Positions 49,301 to 60,925 of a stretch of 64,000 nt of DNA are shown piece after piece. The stretch covers positions 220,658,001 through 220,722,000 of the forward strand of contig OZ024742.1 in NCBI GenBank assembly GCA_964016885.1, written 5' to 3'. The translations under genes and the position numbers were made by a program. The DNA is from Eledone cirrhosa (Eukaryota). Under the pieces are notes generated by a model, which was given only the letters and a program-made list of their open reading frames with translations, searched no databases and was not told the origin of the DNA. The stretch's first letter is position 1. Each line of letters starts with the position of its first letter.

Positions 49301-51353
49301 CTATTTAGTGTATAATACCAATATGCACACTACATATGCTAGCAGGAAACTGCCGGAAGGTGATTCTTCGCTAGTATAATATAACTATTTCTACTTTTGG
49401 CCAGCAATTATCCCAGTGCATTACTGGTACTTTATTTTATCAACCCCGTAAGGATGAAAGGCAAAGTTAACCTCCACTGCTCCAAATTAACCTCGATGGG
49501 ATTTGAACTCAGATCGGAAAGGGCTGTAACTCTATGCTGCAAGGCATTGTGTCTGACGCTCTACTGATACTGCCAATCCACCGCCTTAATATCAGATAAT
49601 TGTTTCTATTTTTGGCACAAGACCAACAAATACCCAGTACATTACTGGTACTTTATTTTATCGACCCCGTAAAGATGAAAGGTAAAGTTAACCTCGACGG
49701 GATTTGAACTCAGACCGTAAAGGAACGTAATCATGCTAGAAAGCATGGCGTCCAACCCTCTACCGATAATATGTGTGCGTGTGTATACATATATATATTA
49801 CTTAAACATTACTTTAGGAAAAAGGAGTATTCCTCGTTAACATATGTAGATGAGGCTGTGTGAAACCTAAAGCTAAATCACTTCTCATTATGAGTGTGAC
49901 ATTTAGAGATTCCAGATAATGTGAGCTGGTCAATGGAGTAAGCAGGCAAAGTCAAAATGATAGACTAAGAGCCTCCATTGATGAGGTGGAGATTGGTATG
50001 AAAATGTTAGTGAAAACAATCACCTAATCTGAGACCTGCTTCACCTTTTGTATATTGCATTGCAAAGTTTATCTGTAATGCAGCTGATGATGTGGGCAGA
50101 AGTTTTTCTAAACTTTTGACTATGTACTGGAATTCTGGGATGCTTATGGTGTGTGGTTTCAATAAAGAGACAGAAGTATGACATCATGGATGAGAGCATT
50201 GTGAAGTAGCTGGCTAGGTGTGTTTTGGAATTGGCAAACTCGTTACTAAAAGGTCAGTCAAACTTCTGCCTCCTTTGGAAGAAAGAAGAGGTGGTGTGGA
50301 AAAACTGGGAAGGTAATAGAGAGGAGAAAGTAGGTGTTATGATGAGGGTGTGTTTTAATGGGAGGATGGTCAGGTAGAAGGTAAAAGACAAGGGAATCCA
50401 ATCTGCAGCTGTATGGTAGGGAGTAGGGTTGATAGCTCTGACTTAGTTGAGTGCTGCCTCCATGACAGAACAGGGGTATGTGTGATTGGTGTTGTCTTTT
50501 CTCAAATTTATAGTAGATGCCGGAGTCATTGCTGCAGAGTCAGTATAGATGAGGAAAAGGCAGTGGGTAACAAATTTGATGTGCAGAGGTGAGACAGATG
50601 TGGCAATTGGTAAAAAAAGGAAGGGAGAAAATAACTGTTGTCTAGAAAACTATAAAACTGTCAAGCTTCCAGTTGACATCAGGATCTTGTGCATATTTAA
50701 TATATAAGTAGATTATTTATATTATAGATATATCAAGTATCCCACATATCAAGTATCCCACAATGTATTGGAAATCCATTGTGGGATATTGTCGTGTTTC
50801 AAGTGGAAAGCCTTAACTGCTGTATTTGATAAAGTCTAGTATAAAATTCATTCACCCCATCTTTGTTTACAGCACCTTTGTGTGATTTTGGATTATGGAA
50901 GTTAGACTATTGATGCAATAATTTTTCAGCATTCAACTATGTGAATTATTTAAATTTTTATTGGCAAAATTCCATCTTTATATCAGCTGAAAATGCTACT
51001 AAATTCAAGTGTTTCACAGTATTGTAAATATTTTTGACAAAGGCCAATAGATTGTTTAAAAAAATATACATTAATGTCTCTTGCTTTTGTAGACATATTG
51101 CTTGCAGTGATATTAGAGCAGAAATATACAAGAGCATTTTTTTCAATTTTTTCTTTTCAAGTATACGAAAGAAGTCTTTTTTAGGCATATGATTATAAGC
51201 GCACACATTGTCAGCAAGGTCTTAGTCAGGTTTTAAGAGAAGCAATTAAAAAACCAGGAAGTCTTCAAAAGGTGTAATGCATGGGTGATAAGTAAAATCG
51301 TGACTTTCTATAATCAATTCAGAGAATAACAAATGCTACGCCTTCATTTATCA
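46093..51353 (-). repeat. Right arm of large inverted repeat
   Basis: Reverse complement of 38835-44098. Confidence 0.95.
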
Positions 51354-52069
51354 AAATACTTTGATTCCTGCTATACAATATTATTAGATTCACAATGCTC
51401 TTGAACGAAATTGTTGAGTCAGTTAGAGCAAAAGTTCTCAATGGGGGGCGTTTCGTATCTCCAGAGGAGCGTTATGCAGTGAGGGGCGTTAGGGGGCGTT
51501 TGAAACTTTAGGGGCGCTAGAAGCTCCTTTAGTTTGGTAAGTTTTATAAGTCATATTTGTAGTCTCTTAGACAGCCAGTGTGAATGGATTTGAATGAAGA
51601 AAACGAAGAAAATAAATAAAAGAAGCTTGTCAAAGAAAATCAAAAGAAATCAAAGAGAATGAAAATAGGGACTACTTCAACAGAAATGACAACAAAAAGA
51701 AGCAATGGTAGTGAACATACACACACATACATACATACATACATACACACACACATATATATACACACACAGGCCGGCGTTAGTGTTTGATGAGCTTGAG
51801 AACCCGGCCAGCAAGTGTGGTATTTAATCTCCCTAGGTAATAAAATCTGGAGACAAAATGTTTCTCCTTACCAAAAAAGAACACATAGATCATATCAACA
51901 TCCTTACACACTTAAATATAAATGCATGTATATGTACAAATGTATAAATGCATAGCTATATACATACGTAAATGTATGCATGTATATATGTATGTAGATT
52001 TATATATATATATATATAATAATGAAATGACAGGAGGCTGGATTTGTGTAAATCCTTGAAAGGTTTATT

Positions 52070-52127
52070 ATACTATGATCATTTCAATGACCGGGTTCCG
52101 TATGAATCCGGTGATATCATCAGGTAT
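52070..52127 (-). ncRNA. Minimal type I hammerhead motif
   Basis: Minus strand: atac CUGAUGA tatc-accggattc-atacg-gaacccggt-catt GAAA UGAUCA UA gtat. Confidence 0.72.
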
Positions 52128-52481
52128 TCGAAATATAATACGTGAATGTAATAGGTAAAATCCATGGGGCTGAAAATCGAGACCCGAGGGCGACCGCTAT
52201 TCTGTTCCTTCAACCTCAGCTGGTCGCCCTGGAGTGACGTGGCTAAATTTTATAGTATGCTACTACCGGTCAGATGAACGAAAACAGAAAGGATGGGAGC
52301 ATAGGTTAACGTCGATCCCATGACACAAGGTAAAAGAAAGAAAGAAAGGAAGGAGAAGAAGAGAAGTCAGGGTTAATGTCAGCTAAAAGAGGAAGGTAAC
52401 TACTACTGGTCAGATATAGGCAAGCAAGAGGGGGAAGGAAGATAAGTCTGCGGGAGGAGGAGAGGAGAGAAGGAAGGGAAG

Positions 52482-53500
52482 AGAGAAGTAGAAAAGTAAG
52501 GGTTGATGGCTACAAGAAGGAAGATAGAAAGGAAGAGGAAGAAAGGTCGATATTAATGTCAGACCACAGTCAAGCCAGGAGTGGCGCGAGAAAATTTTCA
52601 CAGGGACCCGCATCTTAGCGGAGATGAATATATTGGGAGTCAGTGTTTTACAGTGTTTAGACTTCTAGGATGAAGTTAAAAAAATTAATAATCAATATTC
52701 AATATTAAAGAGGTTAGAAAATTTAAAGTTCAACAGTTTAACAATTAATTATATAATAGTTCCGATTTGTTCTGTAATTTAAAGGTACTATTTGGCGGTT
52801 AAAACAACGGCCGCGCCCCGGGCCCCATGGCGAATTAAGCCACGCCGAGTATTTTCATTTACTGAAAGAAGGGGTAATTTATTTTTCCAAGCACTCCAGG
52901 TGAGCTCGTTCGCCAGGGAGCTGGTCGCGCCGCCATTAAAACCCACCCAACAGTCCGACAGAAAGTTGGAACTTTAAAATTTAGCTTAGAGAAGTAAAAG
53001 AGTAATGGTTGATAGCTACAAGAAGGAAGATAGAAAGAGAGAGGAAGGAAGGTCGATATTAATGTCACACCACAGTCGGGCCAGGAGTGGCGCGACAAAA
53101 TTTTCACAGGGACTCGCATCTTAGCAGAGGTGAATATATTGGGGGTCAGTGTGTTACAATGTTTAGACTTATAGGATGAAGTTAAAAAATTAATAAATTA
53201 ATAATCAATATTCCATATTAAAGAGGTTAGAAAATTTAAAGCTCAACAGTTTCAGGTTGATATATATAATAGCTCCGATTTGTTCTGTAATTTAAAGGTA
53301 CTATTTGGCGGTTAAAACACCGGCCGCGCCCCGGGCCCCATGGCTAATTAAGCCACGCCGAGTATTTTCATTTACCGAAAGAAGGGGAATTTATTTTTCC
53401 AAGCACTCCAGGTGAGCCCGTTCGCCAGGGAGCTGGTCGCGCCGCCGCTAAAACCCACCCAACGGTCCGACAGAAAGTTGGAACTTTAGAATTTTGCTTA
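52482..53500. repeat. Internal tandem duplication, about 510 bp x2
   Basis: 52482-52987 is colinear with 52988-53500. Confidence 0.9.
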
Positions 53501-54853
53501 ACTCTATCGGATGAAGTTGAAAGAATTCAGAATAACATTATAAAACTAAGGAGTAAGAGGATTGAGAATTGAACAAACAGAAAATTGAAGATTAGACATT
53601 CAAATAACTTCTATGAGGTTTTGGGTTGCGGGGTTTAATTAAATAGTCTTTTATGAAGAAACGTTAATTGTATTATGTAGATCTGTAATTTATCCTAGTG
53701 GGATGTAGAGTACGGGATATAGTCGTGTAATGTTTAATTTTTGTTCTCAGGAGGAGACATTCTAGTGTCGTGTGCTAATGGGTACAGGTCCCAATGTGAG
53801 GAGTAGAAATACATGGATACATAGAAGTGGAATACGTGGAAGAGCTAATGGGTACAGGTCCCAATGTGAGGGGTAGAAATACATGGATACATAGAAGTGG
53901 AATATGTGGAAGAGCACATTGGTACAGCAGAGGTATAAATATATAAACATATCAATATATAGGTATAAACATGTAAATAAACCAACAAGAGTGGTGTTGG
54001 AGTAAGATGGAGAAATCAGGACATTAATACAGCAAACAAAGATGTGAAGATATAGATAAACAAACAATAGTCGTTGTCTAGTAAATGTAGAGTTCAAGAG
54101 ACAGGAGAAATACAATATAGTTCAGGTTGCGGTATTAATGTTCCCAGGGGGAAATATTCCAGTGACGTGTGCTGAGGGTACACACGAGTAAAAGTCCGAA
54201 TAAGGGAAGTAGAAAGTACATGGGTGTATAGAGGTAGAATACGTGGAGGAGCATTAATACAGCAAATAAAAATGTAAAGATATAAATAAACAAACAAGAG
54301 TCGTTGTCTATTAAATGGAGAGTTCAAGACACAGGAGAAATACAATATAGTTCAAGTTGCAGTCAGATAATGCATATAGATGTGGAAACAGTGCGTGTTC
54401 GAGTCTGGGAGTTCAGTGTGAGTTATACATGCCCAGAAGTATAGGGTAGCCATTTAGTTAATTCAGTGCAGTACAATACATGTTATGGTCCAGTCCGTGG
54501 AGTTTCGTCGAAGTTCGGATATTCTGTGAGGGGAGTAGCAAAGGGCCAGGCGAAAGCACCGGGTAGCCAAAGTTCGAATTGTGGTTAGATATATTCAGTC
54601 CCATGCCGCTGTTGATTATTACATTTTGAAGTGCTCAACATTTCAGGAGCGTTATTTATTCAGGTTTGAGGTTCACCACTGTATAGAGCTGGTCTATTCC
54701 GTATGGTCAATCGTAATGCAATAATGTAGAGAGTACTCAACGTAAAGCAGTTCAACCGTCTTTGTTTTTGTAGTTGGTGGTGCTATTACGGAGTTAAATA
54801 TTATAATGAAATGACAGGAGGCTGGATTTGTGTAAATCCTTGAAAGGTTTATT

Positions 54854-54911
54854 ATACTATGATCATTTCAATGACCGGGTTCCGTATGAATCCGGTGATA
54901 TCATCAGGTAT
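54854..54911 (-). ncRNA. Minimal type I hammerhead motif
   Basis: Identical to 52070-52127. Confidence 0.72.
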
Positions 54912-55096
54912 TCGAAATATAATACGTGAATGTAATAGGTAAAATCCATGGGGCTGAAAATCGAGACCCGAGGGCGACCGCTATTCTGTTCCTTCAACCT
55001 CAGCCGGTCGCCCTGGAGTGACGTGGCTAAATTTTATAGGGTCTCGATTTTCAGCCCCATGGATTTTACCTATTACATTCACGTATTATATTTCGA

Positions 55097-55154
55097 ATAC
55101 CTGATGATATCACCGGATTCATACGGAACCCGGTCATTGAAATGATCATAGTAT
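55097..55154 (+). ncRNA. Minimal type I hammerhead motif (inverted copy)
   Basis: CUGAUGA 55101-55107, GAAA 55139-55142, palindromic UGAUCA, UA, stem I atac/gtat. Confidence 0.72.
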
Positions 55155-55348
55155 AATAAACCTTTCAAGGATTTACACAAATCCAGCCTCCTGTCATTTC
55201 ATTATAATATTTAACTCCGTAATAGCACCACCAACTACAAAAACAAAGACGGTTGAACTGCTTTACGTTGAGTACTCTCTACATTATTGCATTACGATTG
55301 ACCATACGGAATAGACCAGCTCTATACAGTGGTGAACCTCAAACCTGA

Positions 55349-55433
<85 letters not shown>

Positions 55434-55880
55434 CTTGTAGTGCACCTCCGTGCACTACAAGACAACATGAGAGAACGGTTTTTCGACCTTTTGCAGATGG
55501 ATATCCCAATGTGGATAGCAGATCTCTTCATAGCTAACGTCGACGATTTGGACGCTAAATTTCAGGAAGAATTAATTGAACTTCAGACAGATGACGTTAT
55601 CAAAATAAAATTTTCCAAAATAGGTGAACCTCTTTTTTGGATGCAAGAGGAAATTCAGCGTCGATTTCCACTCCTACATGCAGAGGCTAAGAGATTTGCT
55701 TTGCCTTTTCCTAGCTGATACTTAGTCGAGAGGGGGTTTGGCGCTGTTTCCAGACTGCATAGCAAGGCTCGCAACCGCTACAATGTGATTGCACGTGGAG
55801 ATCTCCGGTTACATCTTACGAAAATCCAGCCTGACGTCAAAGAGTTAGCTAAACTCCATGAAGCTCAAGGATTCCATTGA
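55434..55880 (+). pseudogene. hAT transposase C-terminal (dimerisation) fragment
   Basis: FQEELIELQ..FW..PFPS*YLVERGFGAV..KARNR..RGDLRLHLT..PDVKEL..HEAQGFH*; one internal stop. Confidence 0.88.
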
Positions 55881-57018
55881 AACGAGGTCAAAGTAAGTCG
55901 ATTTTTTTATCTGTAGTTTCAGTCTGACTGGACTGGAAACCATCTACTACAATTCACTTACCCATTTGTTGTATATATTTTACGGTTTACTAATGAATAT
56001 ACCCTCTTACATGGTCATGAATATATCCTCTTCCGTGGTCTCTAAGTTCACAAAGCGGAGGGGACATCAAGTTAGATATCAACATTTATTCTGTCCGTTT
56101 CATTAAAGGAAAAATTGGAAAGCTTTGAAATAATACAATTGCCACTTTCTTCCAGATAAGAGCACTCTTTGGATAGACAGAGTTACTCTTGTATAAATGT
56201 TCAAAATAGCTGGTATCGTCTGGTGGGAATATAGCAAATTCAACTGGTCCTTATTCATAAAAAAGAACATTTATGTTCCTTTTTTGAAATTTATATACTT
56301 CCATTCAAGGATGTATTTATACTTTTAACTGCCTGCAATGGTATCTTTGGAATATCGTTAATCATTATTTTAGTAATCTACTGATATCAAAATCAGTAAT
56401 ATATTGAAAAATGGAAAAATAGGGTACCGGGGCGTTTCGTGATTTCGAAGGGCAAAAGGGGGCGTTTGGCCGAAATGGGTTGAGAACCTTTGAGTTAGAG
56501 TAAAGTTTATCACCTTTTTATGCAGCGGTCATCCTTCGGGTGAATTTCTGCTAGCATGTGTAGTGTGTATATTGATATTATATGCAGGTGTATATACATG
56601 TAGATATGATACATCAAATAAAATCGTAATTGACAATATATAATTCATAGAAATTGAACGAAGACTGCGTTACACTGTCTTATTTAATCAGTAACGTAAT
56701 CCATGATACATTAAAAAAGACGATATCTAATATATATTTGTGAAATGGGTGGTGGTTGAAATTCAGTCGTGCACGGTTAAATGGTAGTAGACGTGGTCGG
56801 ACGGACATGAAAATTTACACATCTATGTAAAAAGTGCCAAGGAAGCAAATCTCTAACTTGAAAAATGTGGTCCCTGGGGCCCCAAAACGGTCTATTTACT
56901 ATCGCGTTCGGTGAGTTATTTCCAGCATGTTCTAATACTTGGATGAGTTATTTACAATTTCATACAAATAAAGCAGTAAATAAAGGATTATGAGTTCATG
57001 CAATTGACTTATGTTTCG

Positions 57019-57056
<38 letters not shown>

Positions 57057-57613
57057 GAAAACGCTTTAATAAAAAAAAATATAAACTGTAATGTATGTAT
57101 GCATGTATTTATGTGTTTATATGAGCGGGGATATGCAAGTAAATCTTACTTTGTGGACAGCTGCCCCTTAGCATAATATTCATGCTAGAACAGCATATAT
57201 TTGAAAGTTTTCAGGGAGTTGAATTACTGATTTTGGATCGGCAGCTTTAGCTTTGAAAAAATGAAATGTGCAGTGTAAACATTTTTTATTATTCCTCCGG
57301 GGATGAATCTTCTCTGCATTTTTCCATCTCTTTCTTTCTCTCTGGAAGAAATCAGCCGTAGTAAGACCTAAAAAAATGGTTAGATACACCATGACGCACC
57401 GTGCATCACGGTGGAGTTGAAAAGCAGACTCAGAACATGGCGTTGTGTGGGGGTGGCTCGCAGCCCAATGTTCCAGGGGGAGAAAAAGAAGAAGAAGAAG
57501 GTGTGAGCTGGAGTCCTATCAAATATGTAGGTTGTGTCTTAAATTGAAGGTTTAGTAGAAACAATTCATGTATAGTTTTGTACTTTTCTTTTTGTCATTC
57601 ATATATAAACAAA

Positions 57614-58236
57614 TCTACTATATAAATTGGAAGTGGTCGGACGTTGTATATGTAGGTGTAGTCGGATAAACATCGAAACGGCGAAAATTCGATGCAGCGA
57701 AAATTAACACAGTTATGCAGAATGACCCGAGGAGGCGTTGGGTCGACTTTCAAGCTACAAGCTTCCATGGTTACGGAGAAAATCGATGAAACAGGAATTT
57801 CCCATTCAAATTGAACTGAGAGTAATCTGTGAACGCAGAAATAAATATTTCGAGAAACGTTGCAACCGAACGAAAACAGGAAGACGATATTTTGGTTCGT
57901 GAAGACGTTCCCTGGCAATGAACGGGAAAAAAGCGAGGATAATACGTCGTTATGTGGAGCGTAAAGAACAATTTCATGCAAAGACAAGACCAAATTTATG
58001 GTATAAATGGAGTCGTTAGACTAATATTCTATTTAAAATAACAGAATGATTTCCAGCACCGGAGTTTAAGAATGATGTAAATAAAATTGAAAGCGAAAAT
58101 GACAGAGGTTATTAAAATAGTAAAAGTAAATAGTGAAGATTTAGGCCAGTACATACGTATGCGCCGACGGACATACACATACATACGCACACACAAATAC
58201 ACCCCCCACACACACGAACACACACACACACACACG

Positions 58237-58271
<35 letters not shown>

Positions 58272-58715
58272 ACGCACGCGCGTATGTATAAAACTTATGC
58301 ATTTCTACAGTATTTTCACCAAACTTAAGACATAGGTTACTTATGGATTACTCCGGATGGTCATGGGCACTGTCATTTTTCCAGATATTGATAGGGCCCT
58401 CCGGCAGATAACCCCTTTAACCACTTTAAACACTTCCTTGGAGTCGACTGAAGCACTGCAGTGCAATGCAACAAAACGTCATAAGTTCTGGAGTTCACAA
58501 AACTTGACACATGGGCTACGTTTGTCCTACAGATGAATGTGAACTCTCAGAATTGACACATATTGGGTAGGGGACCCCTGGGGGCAGGAACCCCCTTTTG
58601 GAAAAAGCCGATGATTTTGTAAAAGTATAGTTTTCGAAGCAGCACTGAAGTATTGACATAAATGGTATACACAACTGCTATTTAATATCCGAGCAACGCC
58701 GGGTACCTCTGCTAG
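57614..58715 (+). mobile_element. Non-autonomous Helitron
   Basis: A|TCTACTATATAAA start; 3' hairpin ccgagcaacgccggg then CTAG|T; CpG-rich interior. The 5' end is less certain. Confidence 0.75.
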
Positions 58716-58989
58716 TTATATATAAACTGCATTAGGAGAAAATTATTGACAGAAAATTTGTATGTTTATTTAAGCGATGGCCAACCGGAAGTGTTGACAT
58801 TTCAGAAATTTTAAAGAAGTAAATCTTTAAATAAACAAAATATATTTAATCAACAGCCACAAAATTTAGTAGATAAATTATGTAATATTCATTCATTATT
58901 TATTCAAAGTAATCCAACTTATTTTACTAATGGGATAAAAAATTATAAACTGTATGCAGTCCCATGCTCCTTACTTTATTATATTTTAG

Positions 58990-60925
58990 ATTGAAGCATG
59001 CAAGCTTCATTACTTTCTAATCTATGAAAGTCTTCTGCACACAATGCCCAGGTCTCACTACCATGCAACATTGCTGTTCGTATGTTTGCATCATACAGTC
59101 TGCCTTTCATTTTGAGGGAAAAGCCTTTTGCAGCTAGCAGTGGTAGTAGCTCCCTGAACTTCTTCCATCCTATTCTTACCCTGGCTACTGTACTTTCAGG
59201 ACACCCACCTCCACTGCTAATTCAGTCACCCAGATAGTGATTGTTTCCTGTGGTAGTTAGCTGCTTACTGTCTCGGTGCAACAGTTACATGTAAAGTCTA
59301 CATTCTTATCTAAACTTCCTGAGATCCCGCTACATCTCTTATGTACCTATAGTTTGCATTTGGGGCAGAGGATGGAATTTCTACCTACACCTTTCCTACA
59401 AACTAAGCAAGGCTATTTCTGTGAGGGGATCTGAGTTCTGTTTTTTTTCCTACTTACTAGCACCTTAGTCTTTGTCAGATTGACTTTGAGACCCCTTCTT
59501 TCTAGGCCCTGCTTCCATGTTTGGAATTTTTCTCTAGTTCCACCATAAATTCAGCTATAAGTGTAAGATCATCTGCGTGCAGAAGCTCCCATGGGCATCC
59601 GGTCTTAAACTCCTCTGTTATAGCCTGCAATATGATAATAAACAGGAGAGGGCTAAGCCCTAGTGGATGCTAACCTGTATGCTAAATTCCTTGCTATAGT
59701 CCAACACTAACACAAACCACTATTATCACACCATACTAACACAGATACATCTAACAAATTACACTAACACACACCACCAATACCACAGCATACTAGCCAT
59801 ACTAATACACACCATACTAATACACACTACCTATAGAGGTATCAGCTTTATACCTGTATAGTTTCCTCTATCTAGTGCATATCCTTTATGCTTGTAACAG
59901 TTGACAATGCTGCTGCTGTGCTAATCATTTGGTATGATATCATCTAGTATTACCTGGTTAACAACACGTGTGGTTATTGTATAACCTACCGTCCCAGATA
60001 CTTTTAGCATCTCTGCAGCTATACCTAATGGACCGGTTGCTTTCCCAGTCTTCATATCCTTAATTGCCTTACTTACTACACCGATGCTGAATTGTTGGGC
60101 CCTCTATGGGGTTTACTTGGGGTAGGGTCTCTTTCTCCCATGCATTTTCCTCATTCAGTAATTTTTCAAAGTGGCTCTTCCATGCAGCTTTCTTCTTGGC
60201 ACTTGTGAGGGCAAGTGCACCTTTATCATCCAGGACACACATTCTCACCAATGACATCACAATTTTCTCTAACACACTGCCTCGCAATCCTAAACACCTC
60301 CTGTTTCTGGTCATCACATTGAAAAACATGCTTGAATTTTTTATCCTCCACTTCCCTTCTTGCTAAGTATACTTGTTGCCTAGCTTCCCTCCTGATCTCT
60401 ATGTAGTGTATCCTACTTCCTCCGTTCTTCCATTGTTTCCATCCCTGTCTCTTGGCCTTATTTGCCCCATCTACCTTATTGTTCCACCATCAAGTTGCTC
60501 TCCTTCTCCCTGTAGTCTTGCTTCAACCACAAATCTCGTCTGTCGCCTTTAGTACATTATCTTTTAGGAACTCCCAGTTCTGTATTGGATGTCTCTGTTC
60601 TTCTTTACTGTCATAGGTGTCAAGTACGATATCTTTAAACCTGTTACTGGCTGAAGGGTCTTTCAGCTTCTAAATCTTACTTCTCCATTTGCCTTCTGTT
60701 TCCAAGTAACTCTAGTTCTGACAATGGGGTTGCTGACAACTAAGTTATGTTGGGAGGTACATTCCTCACCAGAGAAGGCTTTTGTGCTTACAACCGTCCA
60801 CCTATCTCATCCTCTGATAAGGATAAATTCTATCTGACTAGAATGCACCCTTGATCTAAAGATGATCAGGAGGTTGTCGGGTTTTCTGAAGTTTGTGTTA
60901 CATACCGACATGTCATTGGCATCAA
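58990..60925 (-). mobile_element. Degenerate RTE family A LINE
   Basis: AWKSHFEKLLNEENAWEK; reverse of GCPWELL.ADDL near 59565-59600; Cys finger; interrupted by satellite. Confidence 0.88.

Larger units (their letters stand above)
52019..55355 (-). mobile_element. Non-autonomous Penelope-like/retrozyme-like element with direct and inverted hammerhead-bearing terminal repeats
   Basis: 237 bp direct repeat 52019-52255 / 54803-55039; 317 bp inverted copy 55039-55355 of 54653-54969; (TA)n on both sides; no RT ORF seen. Confidence 0.8.
51429..56492 (+). mobile_element. hAT (Buster/SCAND3-like) transposon, internally deleted, with nested insertion
   Basis: Perfect 8 bp TSD agttagag (51421-51428, 56493-56500); TIRs caaaagttctcaa / ttgagaacctttg; subterminal ggggcgtt repeats. 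Confidence 0.93.

Noticed and set aside
57437-57506. aacATGGCG start of a short ORF (MALCGGGSQPNVPGEKKKKKKV) as a first exon
   Set aside because: Weak donor, no recognisable homology and no downstream exons found.
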